From positions 1,612,001 to 1,676,000 of the forward strand of contig NW_019028979.1 of assembly GCF_002105155.1 (NCBI RefSeq): a stretch of DNA of 64,000 nt, in the 5' to 3' direction. The position numbers and the translations under genes were made by a program. Origin of the DNA: Lobosporangium transversale (Eukaryota). The notes below the pieces were generated by a model. That model worked only from the letters and a program-made list of their open reading frames with translations. It did no database searches and had not been told where the DNA came from. Positions 1-14,384 of the stretch are shown one piece after another. Position 1 is the stretch's first letter, and every line of letters starts with the position of its first letter.

Positions 1-202
1 TGACGCCAAAAAAGGAGGCTAATATTATACTGTCTTACTAAGAGATGCCCAACCTCGAGCGTATTGCGAATGGTAGGAAACAGAACTCTCAGGTCTAAAA
101 CGCTTGAAACTTTTCAAAAACAATCCTAATCAATCAGCAGAGTCCGAAGGAGTGGCATCGGTTGTAGAGGAATCTAGATATCGCAGATTCCATAGCTGAC
201 AA

Positions 203-1320
203 ATGCCACACTATGAAAATCATCACCTCTTGGAGCTCTCAGAAATCATCTCGCGTATTGGCGTTTTTCTCAATCAAGATAACCTCTTGAATTATATATT
301 TGTCAGCGACTTTCTGGCGAGGACTCTACATGCAATTTCAACTCAAGTTTACAGGAGCTATAGGAGGCAGTACTGGAATGTACCAATCTTAATTATTCAG
401 GTGCCGCTGAAGTACAAATGAGTAGTGATGGAGTTTATCCATTGTTCAGCTGTTCAAGGAAGTTAGGGTCTTGTGCTTGTGTATAGTGATAATCCCTCGG
501 CTTCCCGGTAACTTTTTGGCCAACAACGCGGACGAATTTATTTCCCCAAATTTAGTGTTGAAACCAGAGGGTCAAGCTTGCGCTCTTTTTGGTTAGACCC
601 TTACAAATATAAATGGTTTACTTAACAAAATTCCTATAATTGAAAAGACTTTCCCCAGTATCCTTGCGCACTGACGAATATACCAGATCTGTCAATTTCT
701 AATGTGGAAACAAAGGAGAAGAATATAGTAGGACTTCTCAGGCAGATGACCATGCTAAAAGATCTAGATGCGATTTCGGCCAGCTTTCTATGTGAGAACT
801 ATTAGCAGTTAAGCAGGAGGGCCTGAAAGATGGACACAGGGTGTTAAGAAGTAAGGCCCTAGAGGCTCTATGAGTCGGTTACGTTAATGAAAGTCAATAC
901 ACGAAGTAGTAGGTCTGAGGTATCGTACAAGCGATCTTATTCAACTGCCCACGTCCGAAACACCTGACTGGCTCTAAAACCATGATGGCAAGAATTGCTA
1001 ATAGTGCAGAATGGGCCAGCACTGACCTCATCAACTTGGACATCTTCCTCGAGGCCGACATAGATCAAGAGACTTCAGAAGCTATGGCAAAATGGCGCGC
1101 TGTGCTTAGACAGCTAGGCAAACTAGCCCGACTACAGTTTCTTAAATTGATAGGATATAGTTGGGTGGCTAGAAGAAAGCGAACACTGGGCCTGAGGCTC
1201 AGAACAGGTCTGGATGAACTAGTCTACCTGAAGAGCCTGAGAACATTGCTGTCTGAACATGGACGCCGGCAGAAGCAATCGGAAGAAGCAACATGGACCT
1301 GAACAATTGACCGAAAATGA
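203..1320 (+). pseudogene. Decayed F-box/LRR (RNI-like) family gene, paralogue of the gene at 45514-47085
   Basis: ORF 203-421 begins LLELSEIISRIGVFLNQDNL, similar to PLVIPEIILILGDFLDDRDL of the 45.5-47 kb gene. ORF 982-1302 (AEWASTDLINLDIFLEADIDQETSEAMAKWRAVLRQLGKLARL...TLGLRLRTGLDELVYLK) closely matches its C-terminus (AEWVSTELTELSIFLEADIDQGTEEGMEKQRIVFRQLGKLARL...TLDLRLRAGLDELVNLK). It is broken by stops, frameshifts, deletions and a MITE fragment. Confidence 0.85.
565..647 (-). mobile_element. Truncated copy of the hAT-like MITE at 28649-28768 (opposite orientation)
   Basis: CAGAGGGTCAAGCTTG-CGCTCTTTTTGGTTAG...CAAATATAAATGGTTTACTTAACAAAA...TATAATTGAAAAG matches the reverse complement of 28649-28768. 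The second TIR is missing. Confidence 0.85.
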
Positions 1321-4300
1321 CATATATGGGTGGCTAGGCAAAATACTGGTCGTTGGGGATTTATCTTGTTCGCAGAACACTATGACACAAATATGCGTGT
1401 TATTAAAGCAACTGGCGAATCCATGCTCAAGGAAATAAAAGCTGAATTATTACTTCAGGATCTTGTATGGTGGATAAAGCCTCCCAGTACATGTTTCCTG
1501 TGTTAAAAGCGACATTGTACTCGTACTAATAAAGGAAAGAAAAAAGGTCCTTATCGGTCATGTTACGGACCTAGTTACAACGGATGTGAGCTATAGCTGC
1601 CGAAAGCGATATAGAGGTATTTAGTGCTCTCGTTAAGCAGACTTAATCTCTTTTCTTCTTTTTTCAATCAGAAAAGCACCGTTCTATCAGATGTAGTTTT
1701 CTTGTTATCATGCTCTGATTATAGGCTGAAAGGATTAAAGATGCGATTTGGTCTAGTAGGAGGTCATGGCAAGAACAAAAAGTCGTTTGACTTTTTTCAA
1801 GTGAACAAGGTAGTGTTTTATTTCACTCATAAGGCTTGACCGCCCATTCAAGTCGACCAAGCATTCTATGAGATTTGTCAATCTACGTCCTCCTAATCTC
1901 TGAATCCGAACATAATGGATCCTGTGCTAGTATGGATAGCTCCCCATAATTGGTGTCATCTAGTGTGCTATTGATGGTGTCGTAACTGCTTTTCCAGTCC
2001 AAAACGGTCAGATTACAATATACGCAAGGCACTATTGCCCACCTGTTTAGAGCCAACCTTATCTTTGGGTATGGCAAAGAAACGGAAACCCGCAGCGCAA
2101 GGACATAGTTGGCTTCATCTGGGCCAATAGTGATTAAAGTTTGCTGTTTAAATATGTAAAAGCGTTTGATTGTTATTTAGGCCCTTATTATCATTGATAA
2201 TCTGGAAAGACTCAAGCCAGGATTTTGTAAAACATGGAAAGTGAAACCCTTTATACCCTCGAGCCTATTTGGGCAAAGGTATACAAGTGTTTACTATTGA
2301 AGCCTTCTTTGACAGAACAGCCGAGACATGCTGAAAGTGTGAAGCTAGAAAAGTAGCAGGTAGACTCGGGTAAAGGTGCCAAAGAATGGAAGCGACAAAG
2401 CATTGGGATATTATTCAGTGATGAGTTATCGCATGTACACACATGAGGGAAGTTGAGATGAGCCAAGGTAAACAGAACTACGACAAAAGCATGTGCTCGT
2501 TGCTGACCTAGACGTTCAGGCGCTTTATTGTGGAACGTATATTGTTCGTTTGACTTGTGCCACTTTTGGGGATATAATTGGTTAAAGCGTTGGTTGCTGT
2601 CATTGAGATCACACATTACTACAAAAACATGTTTGTTGACACCAATGGCGGGTGTGGTTCCCATCATTATGGTCCAATCAAACATATTCACATAAGAACT
2701 TCGATGCCCCCCTGGGGGCTGTAGGAGGGCCACAACAATAACTCTAAGCTCAGGACTTCTATGGCGACCATAATACTAATGTTCGAAGACCCATCTATGA
2801 ATAAAAAGGCGCATGTACATGATAAAATATGAATCCAGACCTTGTTTAGCTTCACAAACTACACAAAGGTCTTCTGGGCCAAAATATCCTCGACTTGACT
2901 TATGTTCCTCCAACATAATTGTGTAGTTGATCGCGGTCTATATCATACCCAGTTTTGACGCCCGATCCTTAACGCTACCAGAGGGCTTTTATGCTAAGTA
3001 AAGATGCTCTACTCACCGGAGTCCCCTTGCCACTTATAAAGACGTTGCTACTTGCCCATGTTTTCTGCCATCCACTTGGTCAGCGTCAGCCTTACATAGC
3101 TGGTCAAATGAATTTTGCTCCGTTTCTATCCGTCCTGCGTCTCTGTTAGCGAGCTTGTTTGTTGCCATCTTATAAAGGAAGTCTCTTCAGTTTGGGTAGT
3201 AAGATTGAAGTGTTTTGTTAGCATCAAAGGCCCTTCTTCTGTATTCATTTTTTTTTTTTTTTTTAGGTAATCCAGCCGTTGTTTTTCTTTTTCTTTTTTC
3301 TTTTCTTCCCCACAATGGATCTCGAAATAGATATGTTTAAATACCTAAATCAGCAAATCTAATTGTTTGGGGTACAGTTCTCTGTCTAAAGTATTTGAAG
3401 AAAGGTATCATATTATTGTTAATAACACTGGTTTATGTCATTCGACCGCGTAGGAATGCTGTCCGAACCAATACATGATGAAACTATGCAAGATGAATGG
3501 TAAAAATACATCGCATAGACGTTGGTCCCGACTTTGGAAGGTTGTACCTTTATTAGTCTGTATACTATGCTATATGCTATACAGGAATTCTTTACAAGCC
3601 GTCAAGGCCAACGGAATAAGAGAATAGCACAAGTTGGCATCTGTAGCAATTCAATTGATTTTGGATTGTGCTAAAGGGGGATTTAGGCTTTTGACGATTC
3701 ACCAATGAGAGTTAGGAAGTTGCTGCTGTGGCGATTCAGAGCACTGATCAATCCAGACCTTTTGAGTTATTTGGAGGACGCTAATGCAAAGTGGCACAGC
3801 ATGGAGAGAGAGATCAACTGCATATATATATATACATTGCTTGTCGCGGATCTATTTTTTTACGCTCGTCAAAGCTGGTAGAAGACGCGCTTTTTCGCAT
3901 CTTTTTCCACGTGTATCACCATCTGCGGCCATGCGGCCAAAAATTGTGTGCATTTGTACACAGCATCTACAAAATAATAATAATAATAAAAAGTGTTGCA
4001 TGGGATACAGAGGTGCATGAAATATGGTCGGAACAAAGATAAGTGCATTCTTCCCTTTACATATCAATTCTGTACTTTTTTAATACAAAATTTGTAATGA
4101 CCTCGGCGACGGGAAATACACAACACATGTAAAATGTGTTTGCTATACATGAGGCAAGCTCCTGGAAGTGTAACTTTATTATTTTTTATAGGTTGTTCCC
4201 TTTCAAACAATTTGAGCACATTTTATCCTTCTTATCTTGGTTCTTGAAAGGCTCTTTATTCCCTTGCATCAAACATCTTTCCTTTAAAGGGTCTCTGCCA

Positions 4301-4658
4301 GGGGAAAGGTAGAGCCATGACCAGAACTAGAGCCGATGGGTGAATAGAAATGTGAGCCTACTGCTGTGCTGGGAAAGAGGATTATTTGATCCAAAGACAA
4401 TGACAAATTCCGTATTGCTTGGAGATAAGCAGCCAAAGATCAATGATGATTAAGAGATATTTATTCAATGTTGGGGCGAAAGAAGGAATGCGAAATGCCG
4501 AATTATTTACGTTCGTGGATAATATTGAGGTGTGACAGAAATAATATATTATATACTTTGATTATAGTTGGGTGAAAATAAATGATACAAATGATGTTGT
4601 GCTTCGCAATGTTCACGTCGCAATCAAGAAGAGCCTTCAATGATCTCCCAACGCAACC

Positions 4659-6590
4659 CTAAACCTTCTCAGTCGAATAATTTGGCAGTTTGTCTTCTGA
4701 TCCAGCAGCGGTGCTATGCTCATCCAGAGAGGAGGAAGAACCAACCTCTGCATTAGCAAGATTGCTAGCAGGCTTGACGGAATCTCTGTTGGGATACAAG
4801 ACTAAACTGACGACCAAACCCACACCACCCATGATCGCAAACGAGTAGAGAGCATCGCGATAGCCTGGTAAGAGCTCAGGTCCCACTGCAAAGAGAGAGT
4901 TCTTCTTGTTAGCAACGATGTTAGAGATGGCGATTCCAATGGGAGCACCGATCTGCAGGAAAACGTTGTATACTATCAAGGTAACAGATACACAACATTA
5001 AAAATATATTCGGGAAAGATGGCCTGATGTACTGGTTGAACAGATGCTATTGTTCGCAACATTGCCAAAGCTCGAAATAAAGTTTTCTGTGCTAAATATG
5101 ATTTATAATTTTTTCTTACCTGCACCAACAACACCTTGGTCCTCATCTGCAGCATCTGCAACTGAATTAATTTGGCAGGTTAACCAAATGCAGACCATTG
5201 CAACCATGTTCAGGAGCAAAGAGGGGAAAACAGTGGCCCAATAGTTTGATTCGGCCTTAATCTGGGCCCAGAGGACACCTGAGGCAATCATAAAGAGCCA
5301 ACCGACCACAAGTACAGCCTTGGACCGAAGATAAGGATTAATAGCTGTCAAGAGACCAACCATGAAAATAGCACCAATACCGTGTGGCAAGAAAGCTACT
5401 GACGTCTTGAGAGCGGAATAACCGAGCACATTTCGAACCACAAGTGCAGAGAAATAGAAGTGAGCATTCATGGCTGCCATCATGACTGTCGCAGTCGCAC
5501 AAGAGGAAAAGAATCGACGAGATTGCCAGATACGAAGGGGCATGATCGGGTAATCGATCTTGAACTCAATGACTACAAAGGCGATCAATAACACAATGCC
5601 GACCAAGAAAGGAGCCAAAGCCTTGGCAGAACCCCAACCAGCTGCAGGGCCTTCACTGAGATAGTAAATCACACAAACGATACCAATCGTGAAGGCAGAC
5701 ATGCCAAATATGTCAAGGCGACGATCTTCTACCTTGCCTTGAGCCTTTTCGGCAGGAATAACTAAGATCCCCAAAATAACCAGAGCGAAGCCAATAATGG
5801 CAGTAATGTAGAACATCCATCTCCAGCCTTTTTTTTTTTTTTTTTTTTTTTAACGGTAAAGTGAGAGCATAAGTGGATCAGGTCAGTGTGTTGTTAGGCT
5901 TTATTTTTTATGGTATCCAGCAACAAATAAAATATCCATATCTTTCTTACCAATTGTTGAACCCAAAATACCACCAAGGAGGACACCGACAATAGAGCCG
6001 ACAGCAGCAGTGCCTCCAAAGATGCCCAGAGCCTTGTTTCGCTCAGGTCCAACAGGGTAAGTAGTGGTAAGGATGGCCAGAGCACTAGGGACAGTGAAGC
6101 CAGCCCCCATACCCTGCAGCGCACGGCCCACAGACATGACCACGGGTGTCTGAGCGAAGCCATTGACAATAGACCAAATCGAAAACCATGTTACGCCAAG
6201 AATATAAATGTTACGATGACCATATAGATCACCAAGGCGACCTCCTAACAATAGGAAGGCACCATATGCTAAAGCATATGCGGACGATACCCTTCATGAA
6301 TAAAAAAGATTTTTTTTTTCGGTTGCATAAACAAAAAAAGTCAGAATAAAAGAGTTGTGTAGCGCGCACATGCACTTTTTTTTTTTTTTTTTTTTTTTGC
6401 TATACCATTGTAGTTGATCGAACTTGAACCCAACATCTTGCATAACGTTAGGAAGCACAATTGTCACACTGGCAACATTGATGACATCGAGCATCTGAGC
6501 CAAGGAGACAATGGTGAGCAAAAGTCCCTTCGTCTGGTTCAGACGGCGATACCAGGGGAGCTGTGGAGAGTTGTCTATGTTGTCAGACAT
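4659..6590 (-). CDS. MFS transporter, 14-TMS drug:H+ antiporter (DHA2/Atr1-like), multi-exon
   Basis: Spliced from ORFs 6294-6590, 5901-6251, 5103-5816 and 4659-4979. Motifs include LAQMLDVINVASVTIVLP, motif A GGRLGDLYGHR, GRALQGMGAG and WRWMFY. The first intron (6405-6292, GT..AG) restores W-V-S-S-A-Y. Confidence 0.9.
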
Positions 6591-7575
6591 GGGTGATATA
6601 ATCTATAATAACGATACGGTGTAATGGAATACAGGCTTTTCCTAAGGTAATAAAATAAGGAGAGAAAAGGGGAAAAGGGTATATTGCTGTATTGTTGAAA
6701 AAGTGGGATGGACAGCGAAGGACGAATGGGGTATATATAAGAAAAAAAGAAAGAAGGAAGGAATGAAACGAAAAAGAAGGAGAATATATAAGTAAACTAG
6801 AGGGGAAAGTCGAGCTACGGGAGCATAATTTCTTTTAGTGCTATGCAAGGAGGATGCAGGAGAGTGGTGCAAATGGAGGGTGGACAGGGAGACTGAGATC
6901 TCTTTTTATACTTGGATGCAACTTGACATTGCCAATGCGTGTTTAAGTATTTTGGCCAAAATAAGCGTTGTAACCGATTTATTTTTTAAAGTTTTATTTT
7001 GAATGTGCGTCCATTTGTCTATTCCCGATCGCCTAACATCCAATCCAGCATAGCATTGTAATCTCTCATCTGTTGATGCCATTGATGTTCCAGATCCATA
7101 GCGGAGCACAGTTTTTACTTTTATTTTCTTGGTCTCAGGTTGAACTTGCCTTCACCCTCCACCTATACTGTATACACGAGTATGCTTAGAGAAAAGCAGT
7201 AACCCCACATCCTTTGAGCTAAGGGTTGCCGTATCTATCGACATGAATTAGTTGAGAGGCGAGTCTTCATCATTGGTTGGAGTGCATTCCCCCTTTATTC
7301 TTGTCACCCTGTCTCCCGTACACATCGCTGTTGCAACCTACCGCTGCGCTGTTAATATTTTTTTTTACCATGCCACAGAAAAACTAAATTTTACCGGTAC
7401 AATTTTAATTCCGTCAAAATGTATTGCCTACCCAGCATAGCCCCTTTGACTTTATTTCTTGCGGTAATCCTTATTTTCAAGAATGTTGGAATCGTTCCAG
7501 CTCGCAATAAATGTATTGAACACATACACGCGTCCATCCATTGTGATGAGTAATGAGTGTTACGCTTCAGTTTTT

Positions 7576-7608
<33 letters not shown>

Positions 7609-9211
7609 CGTATTTCCATTCACTAAGTATTGCTGCAAATCACAACATCCATGTAGATTATATGACCACAGGTCCTCTTTTTGCTACCATCCACGCATCT
7701 AAATACGTTTCTATTGTTCGATTACACTCTGTTGATGTTTAGGGGCCATGACCCAATTACAGGATCACGAAAAGGATGCTGTCAAAGTTGGTGGCAAACT
7801 GATTTTTTTTTTTCTCGTGATATGCCGTTGCATTATCGAACAAGTCTCGATCCGATATGAATAATGAAAAGAAGGGCGGATGCAACACCAATAGTTTCCC
7901 AACGTTCTCTAAAACACCACGTAAAGTATCCACATGTATTCTGAATGTGAAATTCAAAAGAGATTGTGAGAGAATCTGTCCTAGATTCCTGAAGTGGACT
8001 TGGTCTTAAGATCCTATAGATCGATCTTTCATATATTGGTGGATCTTACATTTTATCCTGAGGGGCGAGCAAACCGGTTGGCATGACACAGTGGGTTAAA
8101 TACTTAGATATTTTCTGCATCTTCATATCCTCTGATATAATTTTAAAGTCAATTCTTCAATAAATTGAATATCACATAATAGGGCTATCAGAGACTTGAA
8201 CGGCCCCGAAACCGGCCAAAGGTCTAGGAGTGGAGGCTACCAATAGAAGTGGGCGAAGTATCTGAGGGAATGAGGTGCTAATGATAGTGTCAATTAGATG
8301 AGGTATACTGCACATGTGGGCTGGAATGAGATGGAGAAGCACATTGTGACTGTTATACTTTTTGCGTCGCTCCATTCAGGGTTCATTTTTGTGTAACATC
8401 TTTTTCTTTTGCGTAAACCTTTCAAACCAAGGTTTTATCTCACTGCGTAAGTCAGATACGCCAAATAGGCAAACTGTAGTCGTGGCTCCATGAGCTGCAC
8501 ACAGATTTAGCTCGCGGCATGTTAGCCAGGCTGGCTATTACGATAATATCTAACAGAGTGCTGTCTCTTTTATGCATTGACTTATACTGATGGAAAGCTC
8601 ATTCTCATATTTGTCGTTAAATTACTTTTGTTTTCATCACTACTTTTTCTGCATTTCTTTAACTCTACTTTTTTTTTCTCTTGAGACACTACTTTTATTT
8701 CTTTCACGTTCTCGCTTTGTCGAAGGCATATTGAAAAAAGAAAGAATACAGGGCGGGTTATCAACGAAAACAGTAAGAAGGAGGGGGGACTATTTAGAGC
8801 AAGCTGAGTTATTGTTTGTTTTCTATTATACATGCATCTTTATTGCCCAACATTCCTGGCCCGTTATACTTTCCATTTGTTAGGGGTCTTTCAAATATAA
8901 CATTGCAAAAGATAATATGTCAGTGCCTTCGTTTCCTTCACATAAAAGTATTTAATTAATAGTAGCCCCGCATCTTTAGTTCCAGTAGATGCATCAAAGC
9001 AACATTATTCCTCGCCGAGCGAGAGGTGGCTGCGACGTCGGTGGCCTTCAGTTTGTCTTTACATGACTTAAGCTGGATATGGCGTCATTTACAGGATTTT
9101 CTGTTGATTTTGCTCTATTTACATATTAAAATGACACTGTTATTCTTGTATCTATCCTGTACTCATGACAAGCAAAGCAACCTGCATATTGACTGGCACT
9201 TGATAGGCAGT

Positions 9212-9248
<37 letters not shown>

Positions 9249-11298
9249 GTCTCAAAGCAATTTCATGTCGCTTTTTCGCTTCACTGACAAAGATATTGCA
9301 AATAGAACATGTCTATCAGTCACCAATTCCAATCAAGTTGACCAGAATCGAAGAGGAAAGATTGATTCGGAACAACCATGCTTTGAAAATTACCAATCAA
9401 AAACTACTCATTGATGGTGAAACTGAAACTGTTGTCAAGGAGACAGGAGTTTCTGTCTGATTGCAGGCGAAATTTGGTCAAATCCAAAGTCAAATGGAAT
9501 GTCATTAGCAGTAATTTCCACTGGTGAATCTTGCACAGATGTAACTTGCACAGGTGTAACATTTTTTTTGGTACGGTGCACCACCGCTGGCCTAGTATAC
9601 CAGCGACGTGCCAATATTTTGATATTGGGATACACTAACCTTCCATTGAAAGATCAGGAATACATTGCACCATTCAAGTTCACCGGCGAAAAGAAATTTT
9701 GGGTTTTAATGCACATGTGGGCTTTTTTTGCCGGTGATAAACATTCATTGATGATTCTGAATTGACAGCAAGTCAGAGGTAGATGAAGGTATGACATTTA
9801 TAGAATTTCAATTAAGCATCATGATCTTTTATTATGCATTAGGTGGAGGTGCCACCATTCTTGTTTGCTGTTCTCACAAAATCGCTTGTTTTTACGGCCA
9901 TGACTTTCTGCCCCCACCACATCTACTCTGATTCCTGTTGCCATTGATTGAGATCGAGGGGTTATGCCTACACTATTGGTCGCCTGCATCACCAAGGTAT
10001 CTATCTACTTTACCTGTTGCTGTCTTCTTATTTTTATTTTGTTTGAATATAACGCAATGTTCTCAATTCCGATTTCACAGTACTAGTGGGTTAGGTGAGC
10101 CTTCTTTTAGAGACTTGAAGGAACTGGGATTTGTAGATTTTTGTTATAAAAAACATGTTCATTGTTTATACTTTATTACGATAAATGTGAGGGTTGTGAT
10201 GCCAAGGATATTGGACTTGTGTGCTTGGGATTATAACAAGGCCCCTGCGGTGGCGGAACCGACACTGGACGTTTGTCATGATGACATAGACAAACTAAAT
10301 ACACAACCGCCCAAGGATCTTCGTCTAGAGATTCAGATGTTCATTTAATTTACGATACAAGGTAATGATGTCTCTGTATCTACTCCTATGTTACGACTCG
10401 TATCTCATCTGTAAAGAAGGACTTCATATTATACAGCTATGTTATTTTTTTTAGTCGCTCATCATTTCTTGACATCTTTTCAAGCTAGTACCACTTTAAT
10501 CGAGCGAGGAAGCACGTCAGTCTGAAAAGTGAGGTTGTGGCATTATGGAAATCGGCTCTGGAGATCCTGAGCGAGGGTTGTCTAAAGCTGATACAGTACA
10601 TGAGGCATTCGTTCTTTTGCAGAGCTACCAAGCCGCTATACCTGAATTTAGAAGACAGTTGGAGAAGGTGAGACTGACCGGTCGCCGAGTTGATCTCCTA
10701 CTACGAGCTGGTAACTTTGAATACGACTAAGGTTCTGAATGCTTGGCTGCCACAAATTATTACACAGACCCTTTCATTTATTTAAGGTGGGAATAATGTT
10801 CTTTAAAACCTGCTGCTCCTTTCCGTTGTCTCTTCCTCTTCTTCACTTTTGTCTACACTCAGTTTTCGTTGTCTCATCCATTCGTCCCATAACCTCCACA
10901 CTATTTGCCTATACCTTTTTTCTTCTTTTAAAAAAAGAGAGAGTTAACAATAGTCGTTGTTCTCACATTTTCATAATGGATGTCTTCAGACCCCAGATGA
11001 TATCCTAGTTTCGCATGCTGTAATGGATGAGATGGATGAGGATAATGACTGAAGTGAGCTTTTTTATTTTATTTTATTTTTTTTTCAAGCGGCGAATTTG
11101 ATTGCCCGTTGTGCCTTTGATGTGCATAAATAGGATAACAGCAAAGCGGATAAAGTAGCAAGGAGACCCCCATTGATATTTGAAAACACCTTTGTCTTTT
11201 TTCTCAAAAAAAAAAAAAAAAAAAAAAAAAGGTTCATTCTACTAGTTTCTTGTGTGGGTCATCTTTAAATCATAACGAGTGCAAAACCACAGTAACAG

Positions 11299-11330
<32 letters not shown>

Positions 11331-12229
11331 TGAAAGAAACTTGCTCATGGATAAATGTACAATAGATGGCTGTCTTCCATGTGTTATTTGAGTAAAAGAG
11401 CAAACAAGGCTCCAGTCAATAATACTTTGCGTCTGTTTATCCGCAGGAAGAAGCAACAGTAATTTGTATTCTATTTCATCTCCAGACTCATAAAAAGTCA
11501 GCCCACAATGCTTTTTTTAAATGAAATTGATGAACTGCAGATGCGTGAGAAAAATAATAAAAATAGCAAACAAACAGAATTTATTAATCAATGCAATGCC
11601 AGTCGAATTTTTTATTCCTTAGTCACCTTTTACAATCCGGCTGTCAAATGTGCTGAATCTCTTTCTCTTTCTCCTCTCTCTCTACTGTGCGAGAGGAAAA
11701 AAAAAAAAAAAAGAGAGAGGCATTATTACTTGACCACAGAAGTTGTGTCCATGGTGGGGTAATTGTGTTTACTATTGCCTACAAACAATTTGCTCTTTTG
11801 CGTGCTTCGTTAAGCCCCTTTTAGGAGAGTCGCAGAGTGCTTCTTTTGGCAAGTACCCCACACTTTTCCATCTCTGGCAGGTTCAACTGAGATTGTAATG
11901 GAATATAATTATTATTACACAGACCATGGGCTTGTCATTTTAGCAAAGGGGTAAAGTAAAGAGTAAAGATGTAAAAATGCTGTCGAAGGTGGGAAAAATG
12001 TTATGTCCACGGATACAATTCTCTTTTAAACTTGCTATTCCTTCCACCCTTCTCTCTTCCTCTTCTCCACTTCTGCCCACTTCATTCAGCTTTCCTCATC
12101 TCATTCATCTTTTCTCATCTCCTTTTCTCTCTCATTCAACCCATTAAACCTATAGTATTTATCTATACCTATTTTATTGTGTTTTATTATATTTTATTTT
12201 AATTGCACTCACATAAAAGCTGATTCAAT

Positions 12230-14053
12230 ATGGACGACCTAAGACCATTGCCATTGACGCAAGTAGCGCCATCACTGCCGTGCAGTAGTAGAACCACGAC
12301 CAGCGTAGGCACCAGTCTTAAACTTACACCTTTGGACCTACCTGAGATTCTGACCCGTATTTGCCAATTCATCCCTTTATGGTCAGGGGAAGGATTCCAT
12401 CGTGAATTTCAACCTCTGTCTCTTCTTCGTTGCTCAGAAGTCTCACGCGCGTTTCGCCAAACTTGTCTGCCCATCTTATGGTTTGTCTATGATGGCTTCC
12501 GGATGCGGAACGTTCCTGCCGCCATTTTAACCAAATACTCTCATCTCTTCCGAATCATCTCCAACACTGGGCCTTTCAAGGGCCCATTTCGTTGTAACAA
12601 TTTGATCGAGTTATCAACTGTATATGGCCAAGAGTGGTCTCGAGAGCTACTAGTGACCAACCCTGGCCTGAAACGACTTGTCTGGGGTGGACCATACCAT
12701 CGTCGAATCGAGACTCTGGAACAACAACAGGAATGGGAGTTGGAATTGAAAGCATTGATGGGCCTTGGAAATTTGGATGTCTTGACAACATCGGGTTTTA
12801 GTCTTGGAGAGGGTATCTTTGTCAAAGTATTAAGGAACAATGCCAGCAAATTATCGAACTTACAACTGTCTTCGGCTGTGGAAGGAGTTACCTCAATCGA
12901 AGGATTGGAATTACCTCATCTAACAGAATTACATATCGCTTTTGGAGGAACTGAAAGTCCAGCCCTGGTGGACCTTGTCAGATGTTGTCCCCGACTCCAA
13001 AGATTGTCCCTTACAGGGTCGAGGACGAGATCTCCTGTGGCAACGCCAGCTCCATTGAATGTAGCATACATAGGCCATCATTCCCATAATAATGGCACCG
13101 GTCACATGAACATGAACATGAACAGTAGCAAAGAATTTCAAATCGAGCGACTTTCTCAGAACATTCAAGAGTTCTGTCCAGAATTAAGCAGCATCAAATT
13201 CACGTCCAATCACTCCAGCGGCAGCAGCACAGGCATGAGCATAGGTGGTAGTTTGCAACATTCTCATTCTGGAGTCCATATGAACCAATGTTTCCTACAT
13301 GACCACGAATTGGCAGCCTTGGTCAACGCCTGTCGCCATCTTGAATCTTTCTCTGCAGACATGGCCACACTCAACTATGCCCTCGCACAAGCCCTTAAAG
13401 GACAACAACGTTCTTTACAGTCCTTGACCCTATCATTCTATCCCTCTGTATCCTCTGACCCAACTGGGTCTGATCGTGTTAGAGAAGTTCATTGTGTTCG
13501 ACAACTCAAAGCTTCGTTGAGGCAATTGAAGGAGCTCAGCTTGTCTTGGAATCATGGGTTGATGATCAATACCATCTCCATGGAGGATCTAGTAGAGGAA
13601 ATCCTTCTCTTCCTAGAAGAGCCATGGGCTTGTTCTAGTCTCGAAACCCTCAGTATCAATGGCATGATCGAGCCAGTCGCCCTTCCTTCGTCTTTACCGT
13701 CATCACCAGCAGCAGCAGCAACGAGAACGACAGATTTTGTTGGCAGGGCTGGAGCTGGAGCTGGAGCCGGATATGAAACTAAAACACCGATTGAATGCTT
13801 ACGACAGTTTTCAAGGAGCCACAGCAATGGCAGTCTCCATAACGGCCTCAATGGAAGCGCCCAAAATGGTGCCTTTTTTAACAACAGCATTAGCAATGCA
13901 GACACAGAATTGGTGATACAAAGTCTTTCGTTATCGTCTTTAGACCTTTCCTCACTGACGAAATTAAGGAACCTTAATTTAGATCATGCAAGCTACGAAC
14001 GTAAAACAATGGAAAAACAGGCAATAGCAACACTGTCATCGTCGTCATCATAA
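12230..14053 (+). CDS. F-box-like/LRR (RNI-like) protein, 607 aa
   Basis: N-terminal PLDLPEILTRICQFI...CSEVSRAFRQTCLPILW F-box-like motif; LRR-type segments (LVRCCPRLQRLSL, CPELSSI, CRHLESF); EPWACSSLETLSI motif. Confidence 0.8.
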   Translation: MDDLRPLPLTQVAPSLPCSSRTTTSVGTSLKLTPLDLPEILTRICQFIPLWSGEGFHREFQPLSLLRCSEVSRAFRQTCLPILWFVYDGFRMRNVPAAILTKYSHLFRIISNTGPFKGPFRCNNLIELSTVYGQEWSRELLVTNPGLKRLVWGGPYHRRIETLEQQQEWELELKALMGLGNLDVLTTSGFSLGEGIFVKVLRNNASKLSNLQLSSAVEGVTSIEGLELPHLTELHIAFGGTESPALVDLVRCCPRLQRLSLTGSRTRSPVATPAPLNVAYIGHHSHNNGTGHMNMNMNSSKEFQIERLSQNIQEFCPELSSIKFTSNHSSGSSTGMSIGGSLQHSHSGVHMNQCFLHDHELAALVNACRHLESFSADMATLNYALAQALKGQQRSLQSLTLSFYPSVSSDPTGSDRVREVHCVRQLKASLRQLKELSLSWNHGLMINTISMEDLVEEILLFLEEPWACSSLETLSINGMIEPVALPSSLPSSPAAAATRTTDFVGRAGAGAGAGYETKTPIECLRQFSRSHSNGSLHNGLNGSAQNGAFFNNSISNADTELVIQSLSLSSLDLSSLTKLRNLNLDHASYERKTMEKQAIATLSSSSS

Positions 14054-14384
14054 ATAATCGCCTCCATCAACACTAACATTCATTACCATCATTTTTGATG
14101 GCTTCTAAAATCCTTTTTTAAGACATCTGACAGAAATGTGAGAAAACAATGCAAAACAATAATACATGGGTTACAATTTTCCGTAATTCTCATAACATAT
14201 ATAAACTTAATAAACAGCATTCACTAAAAACAAAATATTTACAATACATTTAATGGGGTCTAATTTTTTGAGTTGTTGTCTGTACGCTCTTAGCGCTTCG
14301 TCTCTACTTTGTCTTTTCACTTCCAAGTTGAACCGTATGTATCGGAGCTGTGCCTAGATTATCATCTCCATGAATTATATGTTG

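Noticed and set aside
1400..3200. ORFs 1883-2077 and 2251-2733 as genes
   Set aside because: No recognisable domain; possibly decayed sequence that cannot be assigned by eye.
9026..10730. Short ORFs that might be exons or a TE relic
   Set aside because: No recognisable motif or consistent splice model; some run through poly-A tracts.
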